A stretch of 64,000 bases of DNA from Alphaproteobacteria bacterium (GTDB lineage Bacteria > Pseudomonadota > Alphaproteobacteria > RF32 > CAG-239): assembly GCA_017939155.1 (NCBI GenBank), contig JAGAZZ010000021.1, positions 40,204 to 104,203 on the forward strand. The letters are read 5' to 3'. Below the pieces are notes generated by a model. It ran no database searches. It saw nothing but the letters and a program-made list of their open reading frames with translations, and was not told the DNA's origin. Of the stretch, positions 9,428 through 19,410 are shown piece by piece (position 1 is the stretch's first letter; each line of letters starts with the position of its first letter). A program made the position numbers and the translations under genes.

Positions 9428-9639
9428 ATAAAATCTCCCTATTTTGCCAATAAAAAAATTTTATCTCAAAAATTTTCTCAGTCAAGAGATTATCCTGCAA
9501 AGCAAAAATATAGTTATTGACATCCAAAAAATAATTTAATATGTTGATACCCAACGAGATAGAAAGCATTAAAAATTTACTCCCGTAAACAAACAATGTT
9601 ATCTATCGATTTAATCAATCTTTTTGAAATGGTATAGCT

Positions 9640-9831
9640 ATGGGAAACACAAGTCCGATACAATTTTTTAGGCAAGTAAAGCAAGAAGTAAAAAAAGTTA
9701 CTTGGCCTTCCAAAAAAGAAGTCATTAACGCTACAAGAATGGTCATCGTTGTTGTTGCGATTGCTTCAATATTCTTCTTTTTCGTTGATATGTTCTTTGC
9801 GGCCATTGTTAGTGCCATCTTTAAATATTAG
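9640..9831 (+). CDS. secE: Preprotein translocase subunit SecE
   Basis: FFRQVKQEVKKVTWPSKKE followed by a TM helix; directly upstream of nusG. Confidence 0.95.
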   Translation: MGNTSPIQFFRQVKQEVKKVTWPSKKEVINATRMVIVVVAIASIFFFFVDMFFAAIVSAIFKY

Positions 9832-9842
9832 GAGTTTATCCC

Positions 9843-10376
9843 ATGACTGCTCGTTGGTATGTTGTTAACGTATATTCCGGTTCGGAAAAAAAGGTTGCTG
9901 AGTCAATCCGTGAACAAGCCGTTTTGAAAAAAATGGATGATAAGATTTTAGAAGTGTTGGTTCCGACCGAACAAGTCGTTGAAGTAAAAAAAGGTGAAAA
10001 GGTAAACGCTGAACACAAGTTTTTCCCCGGTTACATCTTAATCAAAATGGAAATGAACGATGATACTTGGCACATTGTAAAAGATACGCCTCGCGTCAGC
10101 GGCTTCCTTGGTAGCCATAACAAACCGCAAGCTATCAGCGAAAGAGAAGTAAAGCGCATTATGGAGCAAATCGAAGAAGGGATTGAACGTCCGCAAACTC
10201 AAGTTTACTTTGAAGTTGGTGAGCAGATTCGCGTCATAGATGGTCCGTTTGCTTCCTTTATCGGCGTGGTCGAAGAAATTGACACCGAAAAATCTCGCTT
10301 AAAAGTTTCTGTTTCGATTTTCGGTCGTTACACTCCGGTAGAGTTGGAATTTAATCAAGTCGAGAAAATCGCTTAA
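9843..10376 (+). CDS. nusG: Transcription termination/antitermination factor NusG
   Basis: WYVVNVYSGSE, FFPGY, KOW motif GPFASF.G. Confidence 0.98.
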   Translation: MTARWYVVNVYSGSEKKVAESIREQAVLKKMDDKILEVLVPTEQVVEVKKGEKVNAEHKFFPGYILIKMEMNDDTWHIVKDTPRVSGFLGSHNKPQAISEREVKRIMEQIEEGIERPQTQVYFEVGEQIRVIDGPFASFIGVVEEIDTEKSRLKVSVSIFGRYTPVELEFNQVEKIA

Positions 10377-10470
10377 TTAATTTATAAGTCAAAAATAAAA
10401 ACCACCATATGAATTGTCCAATTTGTTTAAGAGGCTATTTATATGGTGGTTTTTCAAGCCTAAACAACAC

Positions 10471-10863
10471 TTATTTATTTGTTTTTCTAACCAAGGCTAT
10501 AATTAACGATACAAGCACCAAATAAATTGTTGTGTATGGATAAGACATAACATTCATAATGTATTCTACTGTAGTATCAGAGTAATTTATAATATATCCG
10601 CTTCCAACCAGCAAAACAAACACAATAAACATAAAGTATGGTATCCAACCAATCGCTGTCAAATAATATGATGTTTTTGGGTAGTTTAATATAAAATTTG
10701 ATAAAAACTTTGGTATTTTGTTAAAACACAGCATAAACATACCAAGGATAAATAATAAAAATAAGATACCGCTAGTATTTTCAAGCCCTAAAAAGGAAAG
10801 AGGAGTTTCTAAAACACCATATATTCCGCCTAATACTAAAGCTTCTTTTGACCATAATTTCAT
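10471..10863 (-). CDS. Hypothetical membrane protein (very AT-rich)
   Basis: 130 aa, about 4 hydrophobic segments, AAGGAG SD. Confidence 0.7.
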   Translation of the reverse strand: MKLWSKEALVLGGIYGVLETPLSFLGLENTSGILFLLFILGMFMLCFNKIPKFLSNFILNYPKTSYYLTAIGWIPYFMFIVFVLLVGSGYIINYSDTTVEYIMNVMSYPYTTIYLVLVSLIIALVRKTNK

Positions 10864-11054
10864 TGTTTGTACTCCTTTTCCAAATTAAGATAAGTTGTAT
10901 AAAATATTTTTATCTATTTTTTTTTATTTCTATCAAAATAGCCTGTGAATTGCACGATATGTCCGCCATTAAAGAAGCCACTTCTAAGCTACCACAAAAA
11001 ATAGACTGTTCATTTCAGAGGTTTTATTTTTACACCAATTCAAATCAACTTTTA

Positions 11055-13904
11055 CTACCACGAATAAGACAACCCGGCGTCTACGCCATAAGCCTTATAG
11101 TCGCTGCCAAACGTGTAATGCGCTGATGTATAAGCAGAAAAACGCGGTGTCAAACCAAATTTAGCCCCAACCTCCATTTTTCCCAATGTCTGGTTTTTAT
11201 AAGTGTTAATGGAAGATAACGTGCTGATTTTTGTTTTATCGCCCATAGCATAGGTCTGAATAACCGATGGCTTAACAAAAACCTTCGCCGTTTGCCCGCT
11301 ATCCGTGCAAAACAAATGTTCTAATCGGAGTCCGAGCTCTGCTTCCATATAGTGCATCAAATCAAAATCAACTTTTTGCCCAATATTATCCTTAAAACCA
11401 TCCATATCAAGCGCCGTATAATATAATCCCAAACTCGGCTCAAGCATCCATCCTTGAGAAGACAAGAGAAATTGTCGGGAAACATCAAAACTTCCCCCAA
11501 ACTGGAACGCTGACGTATCAGCAAAAACACTATGGTCATCCGTTTTCATTGAAATATCTTGTTTGCCGCCAAAAGCCGTTGCCAAAACAGTCCACCGATG
11601 CCGACCATAACGATAATACAAACCGCCCGAATAACTGTCTATATCCATAGAAGAGCCTATATCAGAACGATATTTTCCTTTTCCCGACAAATCATAATCA
11701 CCTTGCCTATAAGCGCCGAACAGTCCGAATTTATGATAATAATTAGCTGCCAAATCAAATCCGCCCGTCACACCTTTAATCTTTGCATCCATTTGAGAAG
11801 GCGCATCAATATCTGCATTTTCATAATCAGCATTAATCCACGCATCCCTATAAAAAGGCAACCGTTTATCACGGCAACCTTTGCACCGGTTAGCCCGTAA
11901 TCCTTCGCCAACTTTTTGCGAAATTCCCTGATTTTGTTCCACTGCGGCTGTTTGCATAGCCAAATATGCGGGAATTTCAGGCATATATTTGTTAATATCT
12001 TGCGTGACTGCCAAATACCAAGTGCTCCCGTCTTCCTCGCCCTGATAGTTGCGAAAAGCATCCCAAGCGTATGGACTGCCAATCACACGGCTAACCGCAA
12101 AAGCCTTATCATTTTGTACGCTGTCATTAGGCGCTTCTAAAAATACCGATACCGCATTTTGCATATCTTTTAACTTTTGCTGATTTTTTGAGTTAACCAC
12201 AACCTTTGTTTCGCCGTTAACATCACCATCAACATGGATAACACCATTATGAACAGTATCATTTTTGCTATCAACTTCCAAATCAACAACCAGCTCATTA
12301 TCGCCGGTTCCCAGATAAGAAGCGCTGTTAATCTTTGCATCTGTTCCCAACCTTAAAGAAGATTTATCGCCCAAAACAAAATCACGGACATTATCCATTT
12401 TGTTATTTAAAATAACCGTACCGCTTCCATCACCGGACATTGTAACATCATAGTCTTCCCCGTCAATTCCATCATCAAAAACAATATTGCCGTTTTCCAC
12501 CGTTTCTAAGGCAAGCTTACCTTCTTTTTCGATATATAGCGCATTGCTCTCATCATTGGCCTTATTACCCGAAAAGACGCTGTTTGCTCCGCTTGCCATA
12601 ATTTTTAAATTATCCGCATAGATAGCTCCGCCCTTGGCTTCGTCCGCTGAAATCGCACTATTATTATAAAAAGAAGCGTTAGAAACCAAAAGCTCATCCC
12701 CTTCATGGTAAATAGCTCCCCCTTTTGCACTAATATCGCTTATTGCCTTATTTTCAACAAACAAACCATTAACTTTTTTAAGCGATGTATCATTATAAAC
12801 GGCGCCGCCAAAAGCATTTTCTTGCGCTTTAGCCATATTGCCCAAAAAACTTCCGGTTATACTATCCATTTCTCCGGCATTAGAAATCGCTCCGCCAAAA
12901 GCTCCTGACCCATTATCAAGTCCCATCGCTGAATTATTATTAAAACTGCCGGATATATTTTTAATCAAACCATTATAATTATCAATTGCACCACCCCAAG
13001 CCTGAAAATTTCCGACAGCTTTATTTTCCACAAAGTTCCCCGAAACATCATCTATCCGCGCCATTTTATCATTATTATGAAGAGCCCCGCCGTTTGCTTG
13101 TTCCTGAGCTCGAGCCAAATTAGCGATAAAATCACCATTAACTTTATCAATTCTGCCCATATTAAAAACAGCACCGCCTTTTACACTAATCCCTTCGCCT
13201 TTATTGCCTAAAAAATCGCTGGATAATTTTTGAATTGAGCCATATTTATCATTATATACACTAACACCCTCAACAACGCCGCTATTTGCACTATTATCAA
13301 TAAAGTTGCTTTTAATCTCCCCAATTTTATTTCTGTTATTCAAAACGCCGCCATCTATCCAAACCGCCTCAGCAGAATTTATTTTATTATCAACAAAATC
13401 AGCCGTAATAGCCTCGCCATCAAACCCGCCTACACTGTTCTCTTGACCGATAACCCCTTCGTTATAAATTACCCCGCCTCTAAGAATAACCGTAGCGCCG
13501 TCTCCGGTATAATCATAGGTATAATTATTTTTTTGATAAAGGACATTATCAATTTTTTCTATATTTCCCGAATTGTTAACCCCCACACCGACATTTACGG
13601 TAGCCACCATTCCTTCAACAGCAACAGAGCCGTCACCATTTCCGCTTTCTGTCTTTGAAACGGTGTCATTATATATATGAGGCACTAATTGATAGCGATA
13701 ATAAACCGGCACAAGTTCATTATCCGGCTTAGGAGAATAAACCTTAAACACTTGCCCTGAAGTATCCGCCTTATACTCATCTTCGGAAATTTCTTTCACC
13801 TCGTAAGACGCCGCGTCCAAATCCCCCTCCTGCAATGATTTGGCACAAACATTTACAGCAATCAAACTAAATAAAATAACCAAAATATTTCTAAATTTCT
13901 GCAT
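11055..13904 (-). CDS. Autotransporter with Pmp-like GGA(I/L/V)/FxxN passenger repeats
   Basis: Signal peptide; repeated FxxNxA...GGA(I/V/L); C-terminal beta-barrel ending AGLSYSW. Confidence 0.88.
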   Translation of the reverse strand: MQKFRNILVILFSLIAVNVCAKSLQEGDLDAASYEVKEISEDEYKADTSGQVFKVYSPKPDNELVPVYYRYQLVPHIYNDTVSKTESGNGDGSVAVEGMVATVNVGVGVNNSGNIEKIDNVLYQKNNYTYDYTGDGATVILRGGVIYNEGVIGQENSVGGFDGEAITADFVDNKINSAEAVWIDGGVLNNRNKIGEIKSNFIDNSANSGVVEGVSVYNDKYGSIQKLSSDFLGNKGEGISVKGGAVFNMGRIDKVNGDFIANLARAQEQANGGALHNNDKMARIDDVSGNFVENKAVGNFQAWGGAIDNYNGLIKNISGSFNNNSAMGLDNGSGAFGGAISNAGEMDSITGSFLGNMAKAQENAFGGAVYNDTSLKKVNGLFVENKAISDISAKGGAIYHEGDELLVSNASFYNNSAISADEAKGGAIYADNLKIMASGANSVFSGNKANDESNALYIEKEGKLALETVENGNIVFDDGIDGEDYDVTMSGDGSGTVILNNKMDNVRDFVLGDKSSLRLGTDAKINSASYLGTGDNELVVDLEVDSKNDTVHNGVIHVDGDVNGETKVVVNSKNQQKLKDMQNAVSVFLEAPNDSVQNDKAFAVSRVIGSPYAWDAFRNYQGEEDGSTWYLAVTQDINKYMPEIPAYLAMQTAAVEQNQGISQKVGEGLRANRCKGCRDKRLPFYRDAWINADYENADIDAPSQMDAKIKGVTGGFDLAANYYHKFGLFGAYRQGDYDLSGKGKYRSDIGSSMDIDSYSGGLYYRYGRHRWTVLATAFGGKQDISMKTDDHSVFADTSAFQFGGSFDVSRQFLLSSQGWMLEPSLGLYYTALDMDGFKDNIGQKVDFDLMHYMEAELGLRLEHLFCTDSGQTAKVFVKPSVIQTYAMGDKTKISTLSSINTYKNQTLGKMEVGAKFGLTPRFSAYTSAHYTFGSDYKAYGVDAGLSYSW

Positions 13905-14016
13905 ATCAGTCCTCTAAAAATAGTAAACTAATATAAAACTAAAAAAATATTTTTAAAATTATCTTAATTTCAGCCAAAATTTAACCACAATCTCCCGCCG
14001 TTTGGCTAAAAATCAT

Positions 14017-14829
14017 TCATATTTTACTCATTTTTGCACATACAAACGCCTTAACCTCCTGTTCAATAAGGCAGACATCCTCCTCCGCCCAAAATTTAGA
14101 AAACCAAAATATCAGCTTTTCCATAATTTTAAGTTTCTCCAAAACCTCAAACGATGTTTTAAAATTCAAGTCAAACACCCATGCAACAAAAAACAACGCC
14201 ATATCCGCAAAATTACATATATATTCGCGCCGCACTGACTTATGCGCCATAAAATCTGCCCACACCTCAGCGCTGATTTTCTGACTATGCGGCTCCTTAA
14301 AGCAATACGCCGCAAAAAATACATCTTCAATTTCCTTAAAATTCTTAGCCAGCAAATAAAAATTCGCCAACTTGTCCGCATCACGCACCAAAAAACTCAC
14401 CAACCGCACTCTTTGCCTCATCATTTCAGGTAAACGCTTAAAGTCTTCATCACTATACAAACAATCGATTAAATGCCCGTGATGTCTGATAGGCAAAACA
14501 CAATCAGACGCATTAAATAAGTCATTTCCCTCCAGAATCTGCGCCCCGCGTACACCGTGGTCAAACCGTTCTCCGCTTTTTTTCTTAATAATTTCCTCAA
14601 AACGCCCGACATCATGCAACAAAACCACCGCCTGCAAATAGTCCTTATCCTCTTTAGATAATCTCTCAAAACAAGCCTCATGTTTTAACAGCAAATTCCC
14701 CATTCCTAACACCTGATAAGAATGTTTGATTTTTTCTTCCATAAAATCTTTCTGAAAGTCCGCCGTAATAAGCTTTGAGTTTCTTTCAAACGCCGCTAAT
14801 AAAATTTTTTTCGCCACTGATAAAAACAT
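14017..14829 (-). CDS. HD-domain phosphohydrolase
   Basis: KIKHS, LLHDVGRF, DHG, VRDADKLAN. Confidence 0.88.
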   Translation of the reverse strand: MFLSVAKKILLAAFERNSKLITADFQKDFMEEKIKHSYQVLGMGNLLLKHEACFERLSKEDKDYLQAVVLLHDVGRFEEIIKKKSGERFDHGVRGAQILEGNDLFNASDCVLPIRHHGHLIDCLYSDEDFKRLPEMMRQRVRLVSFLVRDADKLANFYLLAKNFKEIEDVFFAAYCFKEPHSQKISAEVWADFMAHKSVRREYICNFADMALFFVAWVFDLNFKTSFEVLEKLKIMEKLIFWFSKFWAEEDVCLIEQEVKAFVCAKMSKI

Positions 14830-14930
14830 TTTTTACCTCCAACAGCTTATAATCATATCAGCCAGCTCTTAATCAAAAGTAAAGAGAGGCTCTTTAATAA
14901 GAACCTCTCTCAAACATAAAACCTGAAAAA

Positions 14931-15137
14931 CTAGAAGCCTTCAGTATCTAAGCGCTTACGCAACTGCTTTCTTGAACGTCTGATAGCTTCTGCCTGACGA
15001 CGAGCTTTCTTTTCAGAATTCTTTTCATGGCAGCGACGGAGCTTCATCTCACGGAAGATACCTTCACGTTGCATTTTTTTCTTCAAAATCTTTAAAGACT
15101 GAGCAACATCATTGCCGATAACAGTAACTTGAACCAC
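14931..15137 (-). CDS. rpsU: 30S ribosomal protein S21
   Basis: [30 protein letters not shown]; GAGGT SD. Confidence 0.95.
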   Translation of the reverse strand: MVQVTVIGNDVAQSLKILKKKMQREGIFREMKLRRCHEKNSEKKARRQAEAIRRSRKQLRKRLDTEGF

Positions 15138-15302
15138 TTAAATCACCTCTTTTCTGTTCTCTAAAATTATTAAAAACTAACGCTTTATACCATACATTTT
15201 ATAAAATGCAACAAAAAAATACCGCCCAAAATCAAAAAAACGTAACCGATTCTTAACAACTTTCTCCTAAAATGCATAAACAAATAACAAAAGGATACAT
15301 CA

Positions 15303-15704
15303 ATGACTAAAAACCCTACTGACGTATACGAATTAATGGAAAATAGCGAAGGCGAAGTAATGGCTCTGATTTTTGCCGATAACACGGCCCCACAAAACGC
15401 CACATTTTATCTAAACGAAAAAGAAAAGCGCATTGAACTCATCCGCGCTCAAAACAATATTGTTTTCATTGACGGCCTGCAGCCTGAAAGTATCCAAAAA
15501 ATAAAAAAGTTAACCAAGCTCTATGTCTGCGAAATCAAATACAATAAAGACAAAGACGCTGAAAATGAAATCCAATACGTCTACGCCGCCAATAAAAAAG
15601 AACCGGTTGCAGAAGATAAACCGACTCCGCCCGCCCAAAACATCACGGACAAAGCCAAAAAAGCCCGAGAAAAAATCTTAAAAAAACCCGCTCCTCAGGA
15701 ATGA
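15303..15704 (+). CDS. Hypothetical protein
   Basis: 133-aa ORF with AAGGA SD and a downstream terminator. Confidence 0.75.
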   Translation: MTKNPTDVYELMENSEGEVMALIFADNTAPQNATFYLNEKEKRIELIRAQNNIVFIDGLQPESIQKIKKLTKLYVCEIKYNKDKDAENEIQYVYAANKKEPVAEDKPTPPAQNITDKAKKAREKILKKPAPQE

Positions 15705-15790
15705 CAAAAAAACTACCCGCCCATAAACCGTTCCGAAAAATCAGACAGTTCACACAGCGGGTAGTTTTTTATTAAAAGTGCAGGTGTCTA

Positions 15791-16102
15791 TCAGTCACAA
15801 TGACGATATTTCCACGCCAACTCGAAAGCAACATACATCTCTACAAATCCGGCAAAAATGTATAACAGCATCAAGCCACTCCTAATCAAAAAGTCTAAGC
15901 CACTATCTTGGCTCAACTCAAGTGCAGGAGAACAAACAAAAACGAAGGCAAAAAACAGCCCTAAAATACCTGATAGGGCAATTCCGCCATTGTACGAGTC
16001 GATACCTGCTCTTAACATATCTTTTTCAGACAAAAAAGAAAAAACAAAATTGAGTACCAGCATAACCACTGCTATTACTCCCAAAAAAATTGTTACAGTC
16101 AT
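15791..16102 (-). CDS. Hypothetical membrane protein
   Basis: 103 aa, three hydrophobic segments; SD-less AT-rich leader. Confidence 0.65.
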   Translation of the reverse strand: MTVTIFLGVIAVVMLVLNFVFSFLSEKDMLRAGIDSYNGGIALSGILGLFFAFVFVCSPALELSQDSGLDFLIRSGLMLLYIFAGFVEMYVAFELAWKYRHCD

Positions 16103-16351
16103 AATTTTTATTTTTTAATTGTTAGACATTCTCTTTTTTTGTACCACATTCATAATAATAACCATCTGACAGTATCTAAATAACTATGATACATTCTTAA
16201 TATACCACATTTTTTAAGCCAAAACAAGCAAAATCGACGCAAACTATCGTTTGATAATAAAAAAATGAAGAAAACAACATTTCCGCCAATGATATTTTCT
16301 TCATTTTATTTAAAGAGGTCTTTAAGCCCCTTTTATAAGAGGTTTATCACC

Positions 16352-17374
16352 TCAAAACCCGAAAACCGTATTTTTTAAGCGTTTCAAAGTTTGTTTTGCA
16401 ATGGCGCGTGCTTTTTCCGCACCCTCCGCCAAAACCTGCTCAACCTCGTCAAAATGAGCCATATAATAGTTATAGACTTCACGCTCCTGAGCTGTTTTTT
16501 CAATAATGGCGTCTAAAAGCATATTTTTAACATGTCCGTATCCGAGTTTACCGTTACGTAAGCCGTCTGCCATCTCAGCCACTTTATCCGCCGGAGCAAT
16601 AGTCTTGTATACTTCATAAACCAACACTTCTTCCGGATTCTTCGGTTCTTCAATCGGCTTCGAGTCGGTTTTAATCGCAAACACGGCTTTTTTCAGCGTC
16701 TTGTCATCTTCATACATCGGAATAACATTACCGTAAGACTTGCTCATCTTGCGCCCGTCCAGCCCCGGAATAACCGCAATATTTTCATCTGCCACATAAT
16801 TCGGTTGCACTAAAACGTCTTTACCGTAATACGCATTGATAGCTCCGGCAATATCCCGCGCAATTTCAACGTGTTGGATTTGGTCTTTACCCACCGGAAC
16901 AATATCCGTATCAAACGTCAGAATATCCGCCGCCATCAACACCGGATAGGTATAAAGCCCCATGTTAATCCCGTCATCATTAGGCTTTCCGGCAGCAACG
17001 TTTTTATCAACCGCCGCTTTATATGCGTGCGCCTTGTTCATAAAGCCTTTCGGCGTAAAAGCGGTTAAAATCGTCGTAATTTCAAAAATTTCCGGAATAT
17101 CCGACTGCCGATAAAAAATACTTTTCTTCGGGTCAAGCCCAGCCGCCAAATAAACACAAGCAATTTCCTTAATTTCTTTATTTAAAATTTCCGCGTCTTT
17201 CTGCGCATTAATCGCATGATAATCCGCAATAAACATAATATGGCGTTTTGCCGCCTTCCCCATTTCAATTGTCGGCTTAATCGCCCCGAGATAATTGCCC
17301 AAATGCGGCTTACCCGTCGGCTTAACACCGGTCAAAACCGTTTTTCCCTCAATCATTTTGTGCTTGCCTTTCAA
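16352..17374 (-). CDS. trpS: Tryptophan--tRNA ligase
   Basis: TGVKPTGKPHLGNY, YPVLMAADIL, VPVGKDQIQH, KMSKS; start may be 17356. Confidence 0.97.
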   Translation of the reverse strand: MKGKHKMIEGKTVLTGVKPTGKPHLGNYLGAIKPTIEMGKAAKRHIMFIADYHAINAQKDAEILNKEIKEIACVYLAAGLDPKKSIFYRQSDIPEIFEITTILTAFTPKGFMNKAHAYKAAVDKNVAAGKPNDDGINMGLYTYPVLMAADILTFDTDIVPVGKDQIQHVEIARDIAGAINAYYGKDVLVQPNYVADENIAVIPGLDGRKMSKSYGNVIPMYEDDKTLKKAVFAIKTDSKPIEEPKNPEEVLVYEVYKTIAPADKVAEMADGLRNGKLGYGHVKNMLLDAIIEKTAQEREVYNYYMAHFDEVEQVLAEGAEKARAIAKQTLKRLKNTVFGF

Positions 17375-17457
17375 ATTTCTGTTGTTTTTAATTTTTATTA
17401 TTGATAATCTTGTTTTCAGATTTTTGCAAATACTTTATATCAAAAAGGATAACAACA

Positions 17458-18747
17458 ATGTTAGACATCAAATTTATCGCTGAAAACAAAGAACTGGTAA
17501 AAGAAGGACTTGCTAAAAAAGGCTACACCGCAGAACAAATAGACATAGACGCTCTGTTAGCCCTTTATAAAGACGTCAATAAATTAAAAACATCCACTCA
17601 GGCGTTAGCAGAAGAAAAAAACCGCTTGAGCAATTCTATCAAATCAGCCTCAGCCGAAGAACGTCCGGCTATCATCGCTAAAAGTAAAGAACTTGGCGAA
17701 GAGCTGAAAAAAGAACAGGAACAACTCTCAGAAGAACAGCAGAAATTTGATAACATTATGTGGCGTATGCCTAATCTCCCCAGTCCGGAATCTCCTGTCG
17801 CTCCTGATGAAACCGGCAACGTTGTCATCAAAAGAGTAGGCGAACCGACAAAGTTTGACTTTGAGCCCAAAGACCACGTCGAACTTATGGAATTAAATGA
17901 CTGGTCAGAATTAGAGCGCATTACCAAAGTTTCCGGCGCCCGCACCTATGCCATCAAAAACGAATTATCCCGTTTGGAATTAGCTATGCACATGCTTGTT
18001 TTAGATAAGCTTGCGGCACATGGTTTTACGACCATCACCGTCCCTTCGCTTTCTAAACAAAAGCCGCTTTACGGTATGGGCTATCTGCCGTTTTCTCAAG
18101 ACGAAGTCTATTATATGCCCGCAGATGACCTCTATCTTTCGGGAACAGCCGAGCTGGTATTAAACTCTTTAAGAGCTGATGAAATTTTATCTGAAAACGA
18201 CCTCCCGATTCTTTACGCCGGATTCTCTCCGTGCTTCCGCCGTGAAGCCGGCGCCGCCGGCAAAGATACGCGCGGTCTTATTCGCGTTCACCAGTTCTTA
18301 AAAACCGAACAATTTGTAATCTGCAAAAATGATATTGCCGAGAGCGAAAAATGGCATAAAACACTATTAGCCATTTCTGAAGAAGTTTTGCAGGATTTGG
18401 AATTACCTTATCAGGTTTTGGAAATCTGCACCGGCGATATGGGCGCTCCGAAATACCGCCAGTATGATTTGGAAGCCTGGACACCTTCGCAAAATTGTTA
18501 TCGTGAAACCCACTCCTGCTCAAACATCACCGAATGGCAGGCACGCCGTACAAACTTAAGATACCGTGATAACAAAGACGGAAAAGTAAAATACGCTCAC
18601 ACCTTAAACAACACCGGTATCGCCACCCCGCGCGTTCTCGTTCCGTTTATTGAAAATCACCAACAAAAAGACGGCACGGTTCGTATTCCTGAAAAACTTC
18701 AGCCTTATATGAACGGCAAAAAGTTTATCGGCAAAAACGCAAAATAA
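17458..18747 (+). CDS. serS: Serine--tRNA ligase
   Basis: MLDIKFI, GTAE, FRREAG, GLIRVHQF, HTLNNT. Confidence 0.97.
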   Translation: MLDIKFIAENKELVKEGLAKKGYTAEQIDIDALLALYKDVNKLKTSTQALAEEKNRLSNSIKSASAEERPAIIAKSKELGEELKKEQEQLSEEQQKFDNIMWRMPNLPSPESPVAPDETGNVVIKRVGEPTKFDFEPKDHVELMELNDWSELERITKVSGARTYAIKNELSRLELAMHMLVLDKLAAHGFTTITVPSLSKQKPLYGMGYLPFSQDEVYYMPADDLYLSGTAELVLNSLRADEILSENDLPILYAGFSPCFRREAGAAGKDTRGLIRVHQFLKTEQFVICKNDIAESEKWHKTLLAISEEVLQDLELPYQVLEICTGDMGAPKYRQYDLEAWTPSQNCYRETHSCSNITEWQARRTNLRYRDNKDGKVKYAHTLNNTGIATPRVLVPFIENHQQKDGTVRIPEKLQPYMNGKKFIGKNAK

Positions 18748-18765
18748 CCTCCTTGGTGTTATACC

Positions 18766-19410
18766 ATGAAAAAAGTTGATAAAATTATCAATTTTATGCG
18801 TGCTCTTGAAGAAGTTTGCGTCGTTAACAGAGATTTGCTGCTTTATGACGGCTCAACTGAAAACGACGCAATGCACATCTTCAAGTTATCCTTTCTTGTT
18901 ATGCTCATCGCGCCATATCTAAAAACACCGGTTGATTACACCAAAATGCTTGAAATGGCACTCGTGCATGACATTGCCGAGGGGAAAACCGGAGATTACA
19001 CTGCCGCCAACCAGCTCACTCATCCCGAACTCAAAACCGAAAAATTAAAAAAAGAGGCTCAAGCAATCAAAGAATTAAAAGCAATGTTGCCCGCTCCGCT
19101 AAACCGCAAGATATACAATCTCTACCAAGAATACGAAAAAAAACAAACCCTAGAGGCAAAAATTGTGTCAGCTCTTGATAAGCTTGAAGCCAACCTCCAA
19201 GCCAATCAATACAAAGACGGCGATGTCAGATACTGGCAGCAATGCGAAAACGGTTCTGAGTATTACAAAATGGCACAACAAAAAAAAGCATTGATTAAAG
19301 AAATAGACGAACCAATCATAACCGAGCTTGAAAACGCAATTATCAGCCTATCTTGTCAAAATATGGCTAAATATGGTCTAAAAAATAAAAAAGAGTCGCA
19401 TAAATGCTGA
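18766..19410 (+). CDS. HD-domain hydrolase (YfbR/HD_3-like)
   Basis: ENDAMH, ALVHDIAEGKTGD, LDKLEA. Confidence 0.85.
   Translation: MKKVDKIINFMRALEEVCVVNRDLLLYDGSTENDAMHIFKLSFLVMLIAPYLKTPVDYTKMLEMALVHDIAEGKTGDYTAANQLTHPELKTEKLKKEAQAIKELKAMLPAPLNRKIYNLYQEYEKKQTLEAKIVSALDKLEANLQANQYKDGDVRYWQQCENGSEYYKMAQQKKALIKEIDEPIITELENAIISLSCQNMAKYGLKNKKESHKC

Noticed and set aside
3861-9500. Prophage or ICE
   Set aside because: No integrase, phage structural, replication or conjugation genes.
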